Assembly: GCA_037441385.1 (NCBI GenBank)
Contig: JBBISH010000010.1
Coordinates: 1-64,000 of the forward strand
Reading direction: 5' to 3'
Source: Myxococcales bacterium
Lineage (GTDB): Bacteria; Myxococcota_A; UBA9042
DNA: 64,000 nt
The position numbers were made by a program, and so were the translations under genes. Positions within the stretch are counted from its first letter, which is position 1. Each line of letters opens with the position of its first letter. Below, piece by piece: positions 46,665-55,516 of this stretch. A model generated the notes under the pieces. The model saw only the letters and a program-made list of their open reading frames with translations. It was not told where the DNA came from and did not search any database.

Positions 46665-48254
46665 ATGGCTTCTTTGGTCGGCAAGCGCTTCGGCCGCTAC
46701 GAGGTCGAAGAGAAGATTGCGTCCGGCGGCATGGCCGAGGTTTGGCGCGCGCGCCTGACTGGCAGCGCCGGCTTCGAGAAGCAGGTCGCGCTGAAGATGC
46801 TGCATCCCGAGCTGTGCGAGATCGAAGACTTGGTGCAGTTGTTCATCGGCGAAGCGGCGATGGCGGCCGAGATCAACCACCCCAACGTGGTCCAGGTATT
46901 CGACTTTGGCTGTGCCGACGGGCGCTACTTCATGGCCATGGAGTACGTTGCCGGCTGGTCGCTGCGGCGTCTGCTGCAGTCGATCCAGCAGACCCCCGAG
47001 CGGCGCTTGCCGTATTGGGCCCTGCTGGAGGTGGCGCTGCATGTCTGCGAAGGCCTTGAGCATATTCACGCTTTTCACGACAGCCACGGCAAGCCGATGG
47101 GCCTGGTGCACCGCGACGTCTCGCCCGAGAACGTCATGATCTCGTGGACGGGCGCGGTCAAGCTCATTGATTTTGGCGTGGCACGGGTGGTCGAGGCAGC
47201 TGGCAAAGCCAGCGGGCCGGTGACGGGCAAGCCGCGCTACATGGCGCCCGAGCAGGCGCTGGGTCTGGATCTAGACGCCCGCGCCGACGTGTTTTCGCTG
47301 GGCGTGGTGCTGTTTGCCTGCGCCACGGGCCGCCTGCCGTTTTCGGGACCCGATGCCCAGCAAGTGATGGAGGCGGTGGTGCAGGGCGACCGCCTGCCAG
47401 TGACGATGCTCAACCCCAGGGCGCACCCGGCCTTGGTGGACCTGATCGATCAGGCCATGACGACCGACCGCGGCGAGCGGACGCCCAGCACGGCCGTGTT
47501 GCGCGAGCACCTGCTGCTGTGGGCCCACGCGGCTGGCCTGGACCCTACGATGCGGCAGTTGGGCCAGTTGCTGGCCGCCTTGGCGCACGCCGACGACGAA
47601 CTGCCGGCGGCCCTCCACGGGCAAGTGCAGGGCAAGTCACTGTCCGTCTTGCTAGACGATTGGGCCAACCATCACCCGCCGTGGGCGGCGCCGACCGCCT
47701 GGAGCGGCGGAGCCGAGCCCGCCGCCCCTGGGGCTGCCCGTGTCGGGGCGGATTTGGCCGACTCGGATCGGAGCCCCGCGCCCTTCTCTGGACCCGGCGT
47801 GGGATCTTCGTCTGATTCTCGCCCATTGCAGAACGGGTCAGAGAAACCGTACCGGGCTGAATCGGCTGGGGTGCGCGTCAGTGGCAGCTTTGAACCGCGC
47901 AGCTACCACCAGACCAACACCAACCTGGGCCCGGCCAGTCGGCCGTACGCCACGCCGCCGCCGCAGGTCGTGCATCCCCAGCCCGCGGCCGCTCTGTATG
48001 TGGACGAAGTCGACCTGTTCCTAGAGATTTGCGAGACAAAGCCGCCAGTTCAGGGGCACGAGCCCGCGCCGGAGTCCATCGCACCGGTGTCCATCGCGCC
48101 GGTGTCCATCGCGCCGGAGTCCATCGCACCGGAGTCCATCGCACCGGTGCGCCCCGATGGGATCGCTGAACCCCTTGCGGGGGCCGACGTTCTGGACATC
48201 GAGGTCGAAGGAGGCCTTGTCCTCGATCTTGTGTTGGCGCCCGACGCGGCCTAG
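46665..48254 (+). CDS. Serine/threonine protein kinase
   Basis: IASGGMAEV, VALK, HRDVSPEN, DFG and YMAPE motifs; low-complexity tail. Confidence 0.95.
   Translation: MASLVGKRFGRYEVEEKIASGGMAEVWRARLTGSAGFEKQVALKMLHPELCEIEDLVQLFIGEAAMAAEINHPNVVQVFDFGCADGRYFMAMEYVAGWSLRRLLQSIQQTPERRLPYWALLEVALHVCEGLEHIHAFHDSHGKPMGLVHRDVSPENVMISWTGAVKLIDFGVARVVEAAGKASGPVTGKPRYMAPEQALGLDLDARADVFSLGVVLFACATGRLPFSGPDAQQVMEAVVQGDRLPVTMLNPRAHPALVDLIDQAMTTDRGERTPSTAVLREHLLLWAHAAGLDPTMRQLGQLLAALAHADDELPAALHGQVQGKSLSVLLDDWANHHPPWAAPTAWSGGAEPAAPGAARVGADLADSDRSPAPFSGPGVGSSSDSRPLQNGSEKPYRAESAGVRVSGSFEPRSYHQTNTNLGPASRPYATPPPQVVHPQPAAALYVDEVDLFLEICETKPPVQGHEPAPESIAPVSIAPVSIAPESIAPESIAPVRPDGIAEPLAGADVLDIEVEGGLVLDLVLAPDAA
47746..47877 (-). 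mobile_element. Degenerate MITE-like copy F, in frame inside the kinase gene
   Basis: Colinear with copy D, e.g. CCGACTCGGATCG...CTGATTCTCGCC..TTGCAGAACGGGTCAGA...GGGGTGCG. Confidence 0.8.
48066..48149 (+). repeat. 15-bp coding tandem repeat P(E/V)SIA x5
   Basis: CCGGWGTCCATCGCR units. Confidence 0.9.
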
Positions 48255-48277
48255 AGACTCGACCAATCGTGGACTTC

Positions 48278-48428
48278 TACGCACCCCACCGGATTCGCGC
48301 CTGTAGGGCTTTCTGACCCGTTCTGACCCGTTCTGACCCGTTCTGCAACTGGCGAGAATCAGGCGGGGCCCCCGGACCGGGCCCGAAAGATTGCCCGTGT
48401 TTTCGATCCGATTCGGACGGAACTGGTA
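48278..48428 (+). mobile_element. MITE-like repeat, copy C (expanded)
   Basis: Flanked by TTC/TTC; TTCTGACCCG is present three times at 48311-48340. Confidence 0.85.
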
Positions 48429-48497
48429 TTCCACCCCCGACGACGCATCGACTGCGGCGGCGAGGGACCCTGAGTGCAGACCGGAGTTGCCGCTGAA

Positions 48498-48514
48498 GTG
48501 ACAATTATTGTCAC
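48498..48514. promoter_or_regulatory. Perfect inverted repeat, candidate operator or enhancer
   Basis: GTGACAAT-T-ATTGTCAC, AT-rich within GC-rich DNA. Confidence 0.55.
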
Positions 48515-48594
48515 AATGGTCGACGCACTTTGGCGGTGGCGGTCGCTGGCGGATCCCTCTGCGGGCGCGAGGCCGTGACGATGGCCTCCACGGA

Positions 48595-48710
48595 GACCCA
48601 CCCCACCTCATTCGCGGCTGTACGGGTTCTATGACCCGTTCTGCAACGGGCGAAAATCAGGCGGGGACTCCGGTTCTGATCTGGAGAAATGCGCGGGTTG
48701 CCGATTCGCG
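48595..48710 (+). mobile_element. Degenerate MITE-like copy G
   Basis: CCCCACCTCATTCGCGGCTGTACGG...GGCGAAAATCAGGCGGGGACTCCGGTTC; ends eroded. Confidence 0.75.
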
Positions 48711-48742
48711 GAACGTTTCCGGGAGGAGTCGCCGCTTGGGAA

Positions 48743-48758
48743 TGGCACGACATTTGCA
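48743..48758 (+). promoter_or_regulatory. Sigma54 -24/-12 promoter
   Basis: TGGCACG-ACAT-TTGCA upstream of ATG 48893. Confidence 0.8.
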
Positions 48759-48892
48759 TCCGCAGGCACATCAGGTGCTCAGGGCGAACGGCGACTCCCG
48801 GAAGTTGGGCGGGGCGAATCCTGGCCAAGCGAGTTTGGGGGTCAGGCGACGGCGCGCCTCCGGCGCACTTTGCGGGGCCCACGAGGTGAATC

Positions 48893-50746
48893 ATGGCATC
48901 GGGCAAAGCACACGCCGGCCGGGGCGCCTGGACCTTGCGGTGGATCATAGCGCTTGCGCTGGCTGCGGGTTGCAGCGACGCGAAGCCGCAGGCGCTGCCG
49001 CCGGATCCCCAAGAAGAAGAAGAGATCAAGGATTTTGACCTGCAGCCTGGGCCCTACGACGCAAAGTCAGCCGATGGCGCCGAGGTGGCCTCGTGCACGT
49101 TCGAGGCAAAGAATACCATCATCGACGGGGACTTCAGCCCAGGCGAGTGGCCCTGCCATGTGCCCATGCAGGGCAAGTTTGGCTTTCTGTACGTGCGGTT
49201 AGAGGGCTATCAGCTGCATGTGCTGAACGACTGGTTGCTGCGCGACGACGGGCCCGTTACGCCAGACATGTACAACCTGTTCTTGTTCTCGACCGGCGGC
49301 GGGGTGCAAGCGTGGCAGCTCAAGGTGTTTGGCGACAACCACGTCGAGGCGACCTTGAACGGCCAGCCGATCCCCCTTGCCATCGGCGCCAGCGGCTTCC
49401 ACGCCTCGCCCAACAGCCCAACAGACCACACGATCTTTGAATTCCTGTTGGGGAACGAGAAGAACCCGGTCCTGGGTGGCGCCGCCTACTTCTCTGAGAA
49501 GGACCCAAGCAACGGCAACAACGACCCAGCGGGGACCTTGGTGCAAGAGCCGACCGTGTTCGCCGTCGTGGTGTTCGATGACGGGTCGACCGTGCCCCAG
49601 ACGGCAGAAGGTCCCGTGCTGATTTCATTTTCGTCGGGCGTGGTAGAGCCCAGTAGCGATGTGATGGCCTTGGGTGCGGGGCTCGGCGCCACGGCGGGCC
49701 AGGTTCGCGTGCAGAACAAGGCTGGCAAGCTGCTCGCTTGGGCAGACTCTGGCCTGGCGTTTCGCGCGCCATCCGCAGAGGGGGACTACGTCATCGAGGC
49801 CGTGACCGCAGGCGGAGTCACCAGCAATGCCTTGACGTTACAGGTCAAGAATCAGCCGCTGACCGACTGCACTGCCCAGACCGCGGGTCGACCCTGTGAC
49901 GATGGGGACCCCTGCACCGTCGGCGCCAAGTGCAACGATCAGGGGCAGTGTGTCGCCAGCAACTTGGCGTGCGACGATGACAATGCCTGCACCACCGGCG
50001 ACCAGTGCAGCAAGGGCGCGTGCCAGGGCAGCGGAATGCTTGCCTGCAACGATAATCTACCTTGCATGACCGAAGGTTGCGACCCAACCAAGGGCTGCGT
50101 GTTCACCCTGACCCCCGGCGCGCCGTGCCAAGACGGCGATGCGTGCACGGTGGGTGATTCCTGCACCACGGCGGGCACTTGCGCAGGCAAACCCGGGCCC
50201 GGCTGCGACGACGGCAACCCGTGTACGACCGATACCTGCGACCCCAAGCTGGGCTGCGTGCACACGCCGCTGGCCAACGGCGCGCCGTGCGCCGATGGCA
50301 ACGCCTGCACCCACAGCGACAGCTGCACCAACGGCACCTGCAAGGGAATCCCCAAGACCTTGCCCGCCGCGCCGCCGTGCCACAAAGCCGTCTGCGACCC
50401 CAACACGGGCGCGCTCAGCACGCTGGCCTTGTCGGGAACCCCCTGCGCGGACAACCAACTCTGCACCGACCCCGACCTGTGCGTCGAGGGTGCGTGCTTT
50501 GGCACCCCCATCAGCTGCGACGACGGCAACCCGTGCACGGCCGACACCTGCATCCCCGCCAGCGGCGTCTGCGTCCACCAGCCGCTGGCCGAGCAGGCGG
50601 TGTGCGACGACGGCAACGCCTGCACCGTGCAAGAAACCTGCACTCAGACCAAGTGCGTGGGCAAGGTGCTGGTCTGCGACGACGGCGACGCCACCACCAA
50701 GGATGCGTGCTGGCCCGCCGTGGGCTGTGTGTTTTCGCCCAAGTAG
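48893..50746 (+). CDS. Lipoprotein with IPT/TIG-like domain and CDDGNPCT Cys-rich repeats
   Basis: GAGGTG RBS; AAGC lipobox; IPT-like segment ending GVTSNAL; many C-DG(N/D)-CT--D-C repeats. Confidence 0.9.
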   Translation: MASGKAHAGRGAWTLRWIIALALAAGCSDAKPQALPPDPQEEEEIKDFDLQPGPYDAKSADGAEVASCTFEAKNTIIDGDFSPGEWPCHVPMQGKFGFLYVRLEGYQLHVLNDWLLRDDGPVTPDMYNLFLFSTGGGVQAWQLKVFGDNHVEATLNGQPIPLAIGASGFHASPNSPTDHTIFEFLLGNEKNPVLGGAAYFSEKDPSNGNNDPAGTLVQEPTVFAVVVFDDGSTVPQTAEGPVLISFSSGVVEPSSDVMALGAGLGATAGQVRVQNKAGKLLAWADSGLAFRAPSAEGDYVIEAVTAGGVTSNALTLQVKNQPLTDCTAQTAGRPCDDGDPCTVGAKCNDQGQCVASNLACDDDNACTTGDQCSKGACQGSGMLACNDNLPCMTEGCDPTKGCVFTLTPGAPCQDGDACTVGDSCTTAGTCAGKPGPGCDDGNPCTTDTCDPKLGCVHTPLANGAPCADGNACTHSDSCTNGTCKGIPKTLPAAPPCHKAVCDPNTGALSTLALSGTPCADNQLCTDPDLCVEGACFGTPISCDDGNPCTADTCIPASGVCVHQPLAEQAVCDDGNACTVQETCTQTKCVGKVLVCDDGDATTKDACWPAVGCVFSPK

Positions 50747-51230
50747 CGGGGCTCTCGGCGCGTTCCATTCGGGGCCATGGGTGCGGGGAGATAGGGGCCG
50801 GAGCGGGAACGAGGGCCCCGACGTGCCCGAAGGGATGGGCGAGTCCAGTGGAACTGATCGCCCTGAGATTGTCTCATCGCAATCCCTGGAACGCATAGAG
50901 ATATCAGCTAGTTCGGGGGAGCCCAGCCGCTGAAGCAGCGGGCGATCATGACGCCGTCCTTCTCCAAGGACGGCTGGGTCGAGGACGCGATAGTGCTGGT
51001 TAGTTCAGTGCTTCCGCGCTCGCGCGCACCCACGATGAGCGGAACCCAGACGTCGGCGTAGGCCGATGGCGTGAAGCCGGCCCGTTCAAGGGCCGGGGTT
51101 CCATGGAACATCAGGAACTTGCCAAGTCCGTGCGCGACGTGGGCGGCAGTCCGGGCGGCCCGCGTGGGTGCCGTGGAGTTCCGTGGTAGGCATCCGGTAT
51201 GGCAGGGCGTGCCCGCGCTTCTTTCGACTG

Positions 51231-51259
51231 TTGCGTTTGCTGCGTTTGGATGGTATCGT
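51231..51259 (+). promoter_or_regulatory. Putative sigma70 promoter with overlapping direct repeats
   Basis: TTGCGT-17 bp-TATCGT; TGCGTTTG at 51232 and 51241. Confidence 0.5.
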
Positions 51260-51306
51260 GTACTTTGCGGCTGTCGACCTCAGGCAGCCCATCATCGAGG
51301 TCCTAC

Positions 51307-51756
51307 ATGGTTCAAGCCGCCACCGCCGCCCGCGCCGGCCGCCGAGTGCGCAACGACGTCGCCAAGACGGCCATGGAAGCCCAGCAGACCATCGAGGCCT
51401 TGGGCGACGCCAAGGACGTTCGGCTTGCTTTTGGCCAGCAAACGCAAGTTCCGCTTCCGGATCCGATCCTGCACGTGCTGGTCACGGCCTTGCGGGAGCT
51501 CGCCAAGGGCAAGCAGGTGTCCGTGGTCGCGGATGAAGCGGAGATGACCACGCAGCAGGCTGCCGATCTGCTGCTGGTTTCGCGACCTTACCTGATCAGC
51601 CTGTTGGAAGCGGGCCAGATTCCGTACCGCAAGGTCGGGACCAAGCGGCGAATTTTGGCTGCCGACGTGCTGGCCTACAAGGCCAAGGAACGGGTTCGGC
51701 GGCGGAAGCTTCTGGACGAACTTTCAGCGGAATCCCAGCAGCTTGGACTGGACTGA
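51307..51756 (+). CDS. Excisionase-type HTH protein, putative antitoxin
   Basis: MTTQQAADLLLVSRPYLISLLEAGQIPYRKVGTKRRI; terminal SQQLGL. Confidence 0.9.
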   Translation: MVQAATAARAGRRVRNDVAKTAMEAQQTIEALGDAKDVRLAFGQQTQVPLPDPILHVLVTALRELAKGKQVSVVADEAEMTTQQAADLLLVSRPYLISLLEAGQIPYRKVGTKRRILAADVLAYKAKERVRRRKLLDELSAESQQLGLD

Positions 51757-51759
51757 ACC

Positions 51760-52338
51760 GTGCCGCCCTTCGTACCGCAGATCGCGGTGTTGGACGCGTG
51801 TGTGCTGTACCCGGCGACATTGCGGGACTTCCTGTTGCGCTTGGCAGACGAGGATGCCTTCATTCCGAAGTGGTCAGATGAAATCGTTGGTGAATTCGTC
51901 CGGGGCGTCCTTCGGGATCGACACGCCGTCAGTCCCGAACGCCTGCAACGCACGGTTGGACTCATGAACGAGGTGTTCCCAGACGCACGGGTCACCGGCT
52001 ACAACAAGTGGATCAAGACGATCACGTTGCCAGACCCAGACGACCGGCACGTGCTGGCAGTGGCCATCAAAGCGAAGGCGACCGCGATCGTCACCCTGAA
52101 CCTGAAGGATTTCCCAGCTTCTATACTGGCCGGCCATGGAATCGTGGCGGTTCATCCCGATGCGTTCGTGGTGGGCCTTCTGCAATCGGCCCTTGACATG
52201 GTGGAGCGTGCGTTCGTCGCACAGCGGTTGTCCTTGAAGAATCCGCCGGTGACGATGTGGGACCTGTTGGCCAAGTTGGAGCAGCAGGGGTTGCAGGACA
52301 GCGTGCGGCTGCTGCGGGGGCGGGTGGCTGAGGAGTAG
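51760..52338 (+). CDS. PIN-domain (VapC-like) toxin
   Basis: VLDACVLY, PDPDDRHVLA, TLNLKDFP and HPDAF motifs. Confidence 0.92.
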   Translation: MPPFVPQIAVLDACVLYPATLRDFLLRLADEDAFIPKWSDEIVGEFVRGVLRDRHAVSPERLQRTVGLMNEVFPDARVTGYNKWIKTITLPDPDDRHVLAVAIKAKATAIVTLNLKDFPASILAGHGIVAVHPDAFVVGLLQSALDMVERAFVAQRLSLKNPPVTMWDLLAKLEQQGLQDSVRLLRGRVAEE

Positions 52339-52341
52339 TTG

Positions 52342-53169
52342 ATGTCGTCCCTGACCCCAGTGGAGAAACGCGTCTTCGAAGAACTGCTCGGCATGAGTAG
52401 CGGCTATGTGTTTGATTTCACGGACAGGACCTTCGCATCCTTCTTCCGAGACGTGGCGAACATCGACATCGACAATGACATGTATTGCCGGGAGGGCAAT
52501 TCGAAGGCCCGAAGAATGCGGTTGTTCTGGGAAATTGAACCAGACGCAGTCGTCGGCGTCGTGCTTTCCGAAATTCTGAAGCTGAGAGCCCTGGCGCTCA
52601 AAGACACGGAGCGAATCTTGTTGACCGCGTGCCAAACGGCTGCGGACCGATTGTTGGGCAGGAAATCTACGCCAGTTCAGGCAGTTCAATCTGAGGCCGA
52701 ATTCCTGCAACTCGACTTCGGAGCCGCTTCCGTCGCAGCCCTGCCAATCGAAGCATCGTGGATTCCAATACTTGAACACAGGCTGGCGGAAGCCGAACGG
52801 TGCGTGCGGGTAGAGGCCTGGTTGTCGGTGGTCATCCTGTGCGGCAGCGTGCTTGAGGCGGCTCTGCTTGGCACGGCACTACAGCACCCAAGGGACTTCA
52901 ACGAATCAACACTCAGCCCGAAGGACAGGTCCGGCAAGGTCTTGCCGCTCCACGACTGGAAGCTTGCCCATCTTGTCGATGTTGCCCACGACTGCCGGCA
53001 CTTGAAGGTTGACGTCCGAAAATTCAGTCATACTCTTAGGGAATTTCGCAACTACGTGCATCCGTTGCTGCAGTTGACGTCCGGCTTCAGCCCCGACAAG
53101 CACACGGCGTTGATCTGCATGCAGGTGCTAAAGGCGGCCATCGCCGATTTGGCAGGTGAACGAGCGTGA
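52342..53169 (+). CDS. AbiJ N-terminal-like domain plus HEPN-like domain protein
   Basis: MSSGYVFDFTDRTFASFF...SKARRMR (AbiJ_NTD3-like); GSVLEAAL and LREFRNYVHP (R-x6-H). Confidence 0.8.
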   Translation: MSSLTPVEKRVFEELLGMSSGYVFDFTDRTFASFFRDVANIDIDNDMYCREGNSKARRMRLFWEIEPDAVVGVVLSEILKLRALALKDTERILLTACQTAADRLLGRKSTPVQAVQSEAEFLQLDFGAASVAALPIEASWIPILEHRLAEAERCVRVEAWLSVVILCGSVLEAALLGTALQHPRDFNESTLSPKDRSGKVLPLHDWKLAHLVDVAHDCRHLKVDVRKFSHTLREFRNYVHPLLQLTSGFSPDKHTALICMQVLKAAIADLAGERA

Positions 53170-53433
53170 CCGACGGCGTGTCACCATTTCGCATTCTGCT
53201 TTGAGCCAATCCAGCCGCCCTATCCACAGGGGAACCCCATTAGGTGCCGCGTGCCCCCAAGCGAATACGTGCTGTTCCCGAGACAGGCGTACCCGGACCT
53301 TGACATGGGCAGCCGGGACTAGCAGGAGTGGCAGACGACGCCGGTCAACCTCCACCCCACTTTCTGGCCACGCTGTCCGCACGCGCTACCATCGCCGGGC
53401 CGGGCCCCCAAGCCCGCTGGACACCGCGCGACC

Positions 53434-54237
53434 GTGCCGCAACTCCCTGCCCTGGATAAGCTTCTGCCCCTGGCCCCGTGGCTCTGCCTGGCCCTGCTGC
53501 TGCCGCTGACCCAGCTGCTGGCGGCGTGGAGCAAGCGCCAGGTGGTACGCGCCCTGGGCTGGTGGGGCGTGCCTCTGACCACCGGCTGGCTGGGCGTGCC
53601 GGTGCACGAGGCCTCGCACCTGCTGGCCGCCAAGTTGTTGGGCCGAGAAGTGGTGCGCGTGCGCTGGTTTGCCCCGGACGCCGACTCGGGCAGCCTGGGC
53701 GGGGTGGAGTGGCGGCCGGGTCAAGGGCCGTTGGCGTGGCTGGCGATCTTGACGGTGGGTGTGGCGCCCCTGGCGGGCGGGACGCTGGCGCTGCGCGGAC
53801 TGCTGCTAGGCGCGGCGCTGGCTACGGATCTGCCCGTGCCAGCGATGCCGCAAGGCGCGGATGGGGCGGCCTGGCAGGCAGCCGGGCTGGCGCTGCTGCA
53901 CTGGGCGCAGGCGGCGACGGCGGCGCTCTGGAGCAGGCAAGATCCGTTGGCGTGGAGCGCCGTTTTGGGCTGGTGGGCGGTGGTCAGCGTGGCGGCGCAC
54001 CTGACGCCGTCGCGGCCGGACCTGCAGGGCGCTTGGCGCGGGGCCCTGCTAGTTGCGGCGCTTGTCGCTGTGGCGGTTGCGGGGCTCCAGGCGGCGCAAA
54101 TCCCCTGGCAGGACCCGGTGATGCACGCTGTCCGCGCGACGACATGGTGGCTCGCGCCGGGCCTGCTGCTCGCCCTGCCGGCGACGGTCACGGTGGGATT
54201 GACGGCAACGCTGTTGGCGCGCCTGCGCGGCCAGTGA
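53434..54237 (+). CDS. Membrane metalloprotease-like protein (M50-like)
   Basis: PVHEASH (HExxH), GVAPL and multiple TM segments. Confidence 0.75.
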   Translation: MPQLPALDKLLPLAPWLCLALLLPLTQLLAAWSKRQVVRALGWWGVPLTTGWLGVPVHEASHLLAAKLLGREVVRVRWFAPDADSGSLGGVEWRPGQGPLAWLAILTVGVAPLAGGTLALRGLLLGAALATDLPVPAMPQGADGAAWQAAGLALLHWAQAATAALWSRQDPLAWSAVLGWWAVVSVAAHLTPSRPDLQGAWRGALLVAALVAVAVAGLQAAQIPWQDPVMHAVRATTWWLAPGLLLALPATVTVGLTATLLARLRGQ

Positions 54238-54369
54238 TACCAATTCCGTCCGAATCGGATCGAAAACTCGGGCAATTCTTCGGGCCCGAACCGGGGTCCC
54301 CGCCTGATTCTCGCCAGTTGCAGAACGGGTCAGAAAAGCCGTACACGCGCGAATCAGGTGGGGTGCGTA
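54238..54369 (-). mobile_element. 132-bp MITE-like repeat, copy D
   Basis: Reverse orientation; flanked by TGA (54235-54237) and TGA (54370-54372). Confidence 0.88.
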
Positions 54370-54478
54370 TGACTCCGCGCAGCTGCGATCCGTGGTATGG
54401 TCCGCCGGCCAGCCCAGCCGCCCCTTGGTGTGGGCAAGCCGAGCGGCTCTGGGCCCTGGCCACACAAAGGAGCACCCG

Positions 54479-55057
54479 ATGCACACTGGAGTTTTTCGCC
54501 TTGGCCTGGTTGCCGTTCTGGCTGGCGCGGTCGGCTTGATGGCGGCCCCGACGGCGGCGGCGCCGCAGGCGGTCGCTTGTGGCAAGGGCGTAACCATCCG
54601 CTACGATGCGGCCGCCTGGCAGCCCGTGGCCGATCCGGGACCCGCTGACGGTCCGTGCGAGCTGGCCCTGAACTCCACGCCCACGGCCGGCACGACCCTG
54701 CGCTTTGTCACGCTCAAGGCCACCGCCAAAGAGCTCCCCAAGCTCAAGAAGATGAAGGGCGAGGAGCGCATCGCCCTGCTGGCCAATCAGGTCGCCGGTG
54801 GGGCCGCCAGCCCGCCGCAAGACTTGGAGGTGGCGGGGCCGTACAGCGTGGGCTTTGCCATGGCGCGCGGCCCCGGCGGCGCCACCAGCTACCTGCAGAT
54901 CGCCAGCACCTTGTACGACAAAGCCATGCTGTACGTGGTGTTGGAGCAGCAGCTACCGCAGGTCGACCCCGCGCCGCGCTACGACAAGGACGCCGCTCGC
55001 CGGACCTTGCTGGGCTTCTTGGCTGGCGTGCAGCTGGCGGCGCCGACCAAGAAGTAG
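54479..55057 (+). CDS. Hypothetical secreted protein
   Basis: AAGGAG RBS; signal-peptide-like N-terminus; codon bias. Confidence 0.75.
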   Translation: MHTGVFRLGLVAVLAGAVGLMAAPTAAAPQAVACGKGVTIRYDAAAWQPVADPGPADGPCELALNSTPTAGTTLRFVTLKATAKELPKLKKMKGEERIALLANQVAGGAASPPQDLEVAGPYSVGFAMARGPGGATSYLQIASTLYDKAMLYVVLEQQLPQVDPAPRYDKDAARRTLLGFLAGVQLAAPTKK

Positions 55058-55075
55058 GCGAGCGCTTTCAGGTCT

Positions 55076-55498
55076 TTACCACGTGCCGCTGTTCGGCATC
55101 GACAGCCACGGCTCCGCGGGCGCCAGGGCCGCGCCCCGCTGCAGCAGCTCCACCGAGATGGCGTCCGGCGAGCGCACAAAGGCCATCCGCCCGTCGCGCG
55201 GCGGCCGGGCAATCGTCACGCCGTGGGCCTGCAAGTGGGCGCAAAGCTGGTAGATATCGTCGGTCTCCAGGGCGATGTGGCCAAAGTTGCGCCCCGCGGT
55301 GTAGGGCTCACTTTGGTCCCAGTTCCAGGTCAGCTCAAGCTCGGCGTCGTCGCCCGGCGCGCCGGTGCCCAAAAAGACCAGGGTAAATCGGCCATTCGGG
55401 TAGTCGCTGCGGCGCAGCTCGCGCAGGCCCAGCAGTTGGAAGAAGTGCAGCGCGGCCGGCAGGTCCAGCACGCGGATCATGGTGTGCAAGAAGCGCAT
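55076..55498 (-). CDS. gloA: Lactoylglutathione lyase (glyoxalase I)
   Basis: [22 protein letters not shown] and AFVRSPD..VELL motifs. Confidence 0.92.
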   Translation of the reverse strand: MRFLHTMIRVLDLPAALHFFQLLGLRELRRSDYPNGRFTLVFLGTGAPGDDAELELTWNWDQSEPYTAGRNFGHIALETDDIYQLCAHLQAHGVTIARPPRDGRMAFVRSPDAISVELLQRGAALAPAEPWLSMPNSGTW

Positions 55499-55516
55499 TT
55501 GAACTCCAACCCGCGG

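Noticed and set aside
50908..51150. Coding-like minus-strand fragment (GLGKFLMFHGTPALERAGF...)
   Set aside because: Possibly a gene remnant at the cassette edge, but no family is recognised and there is no clear start.
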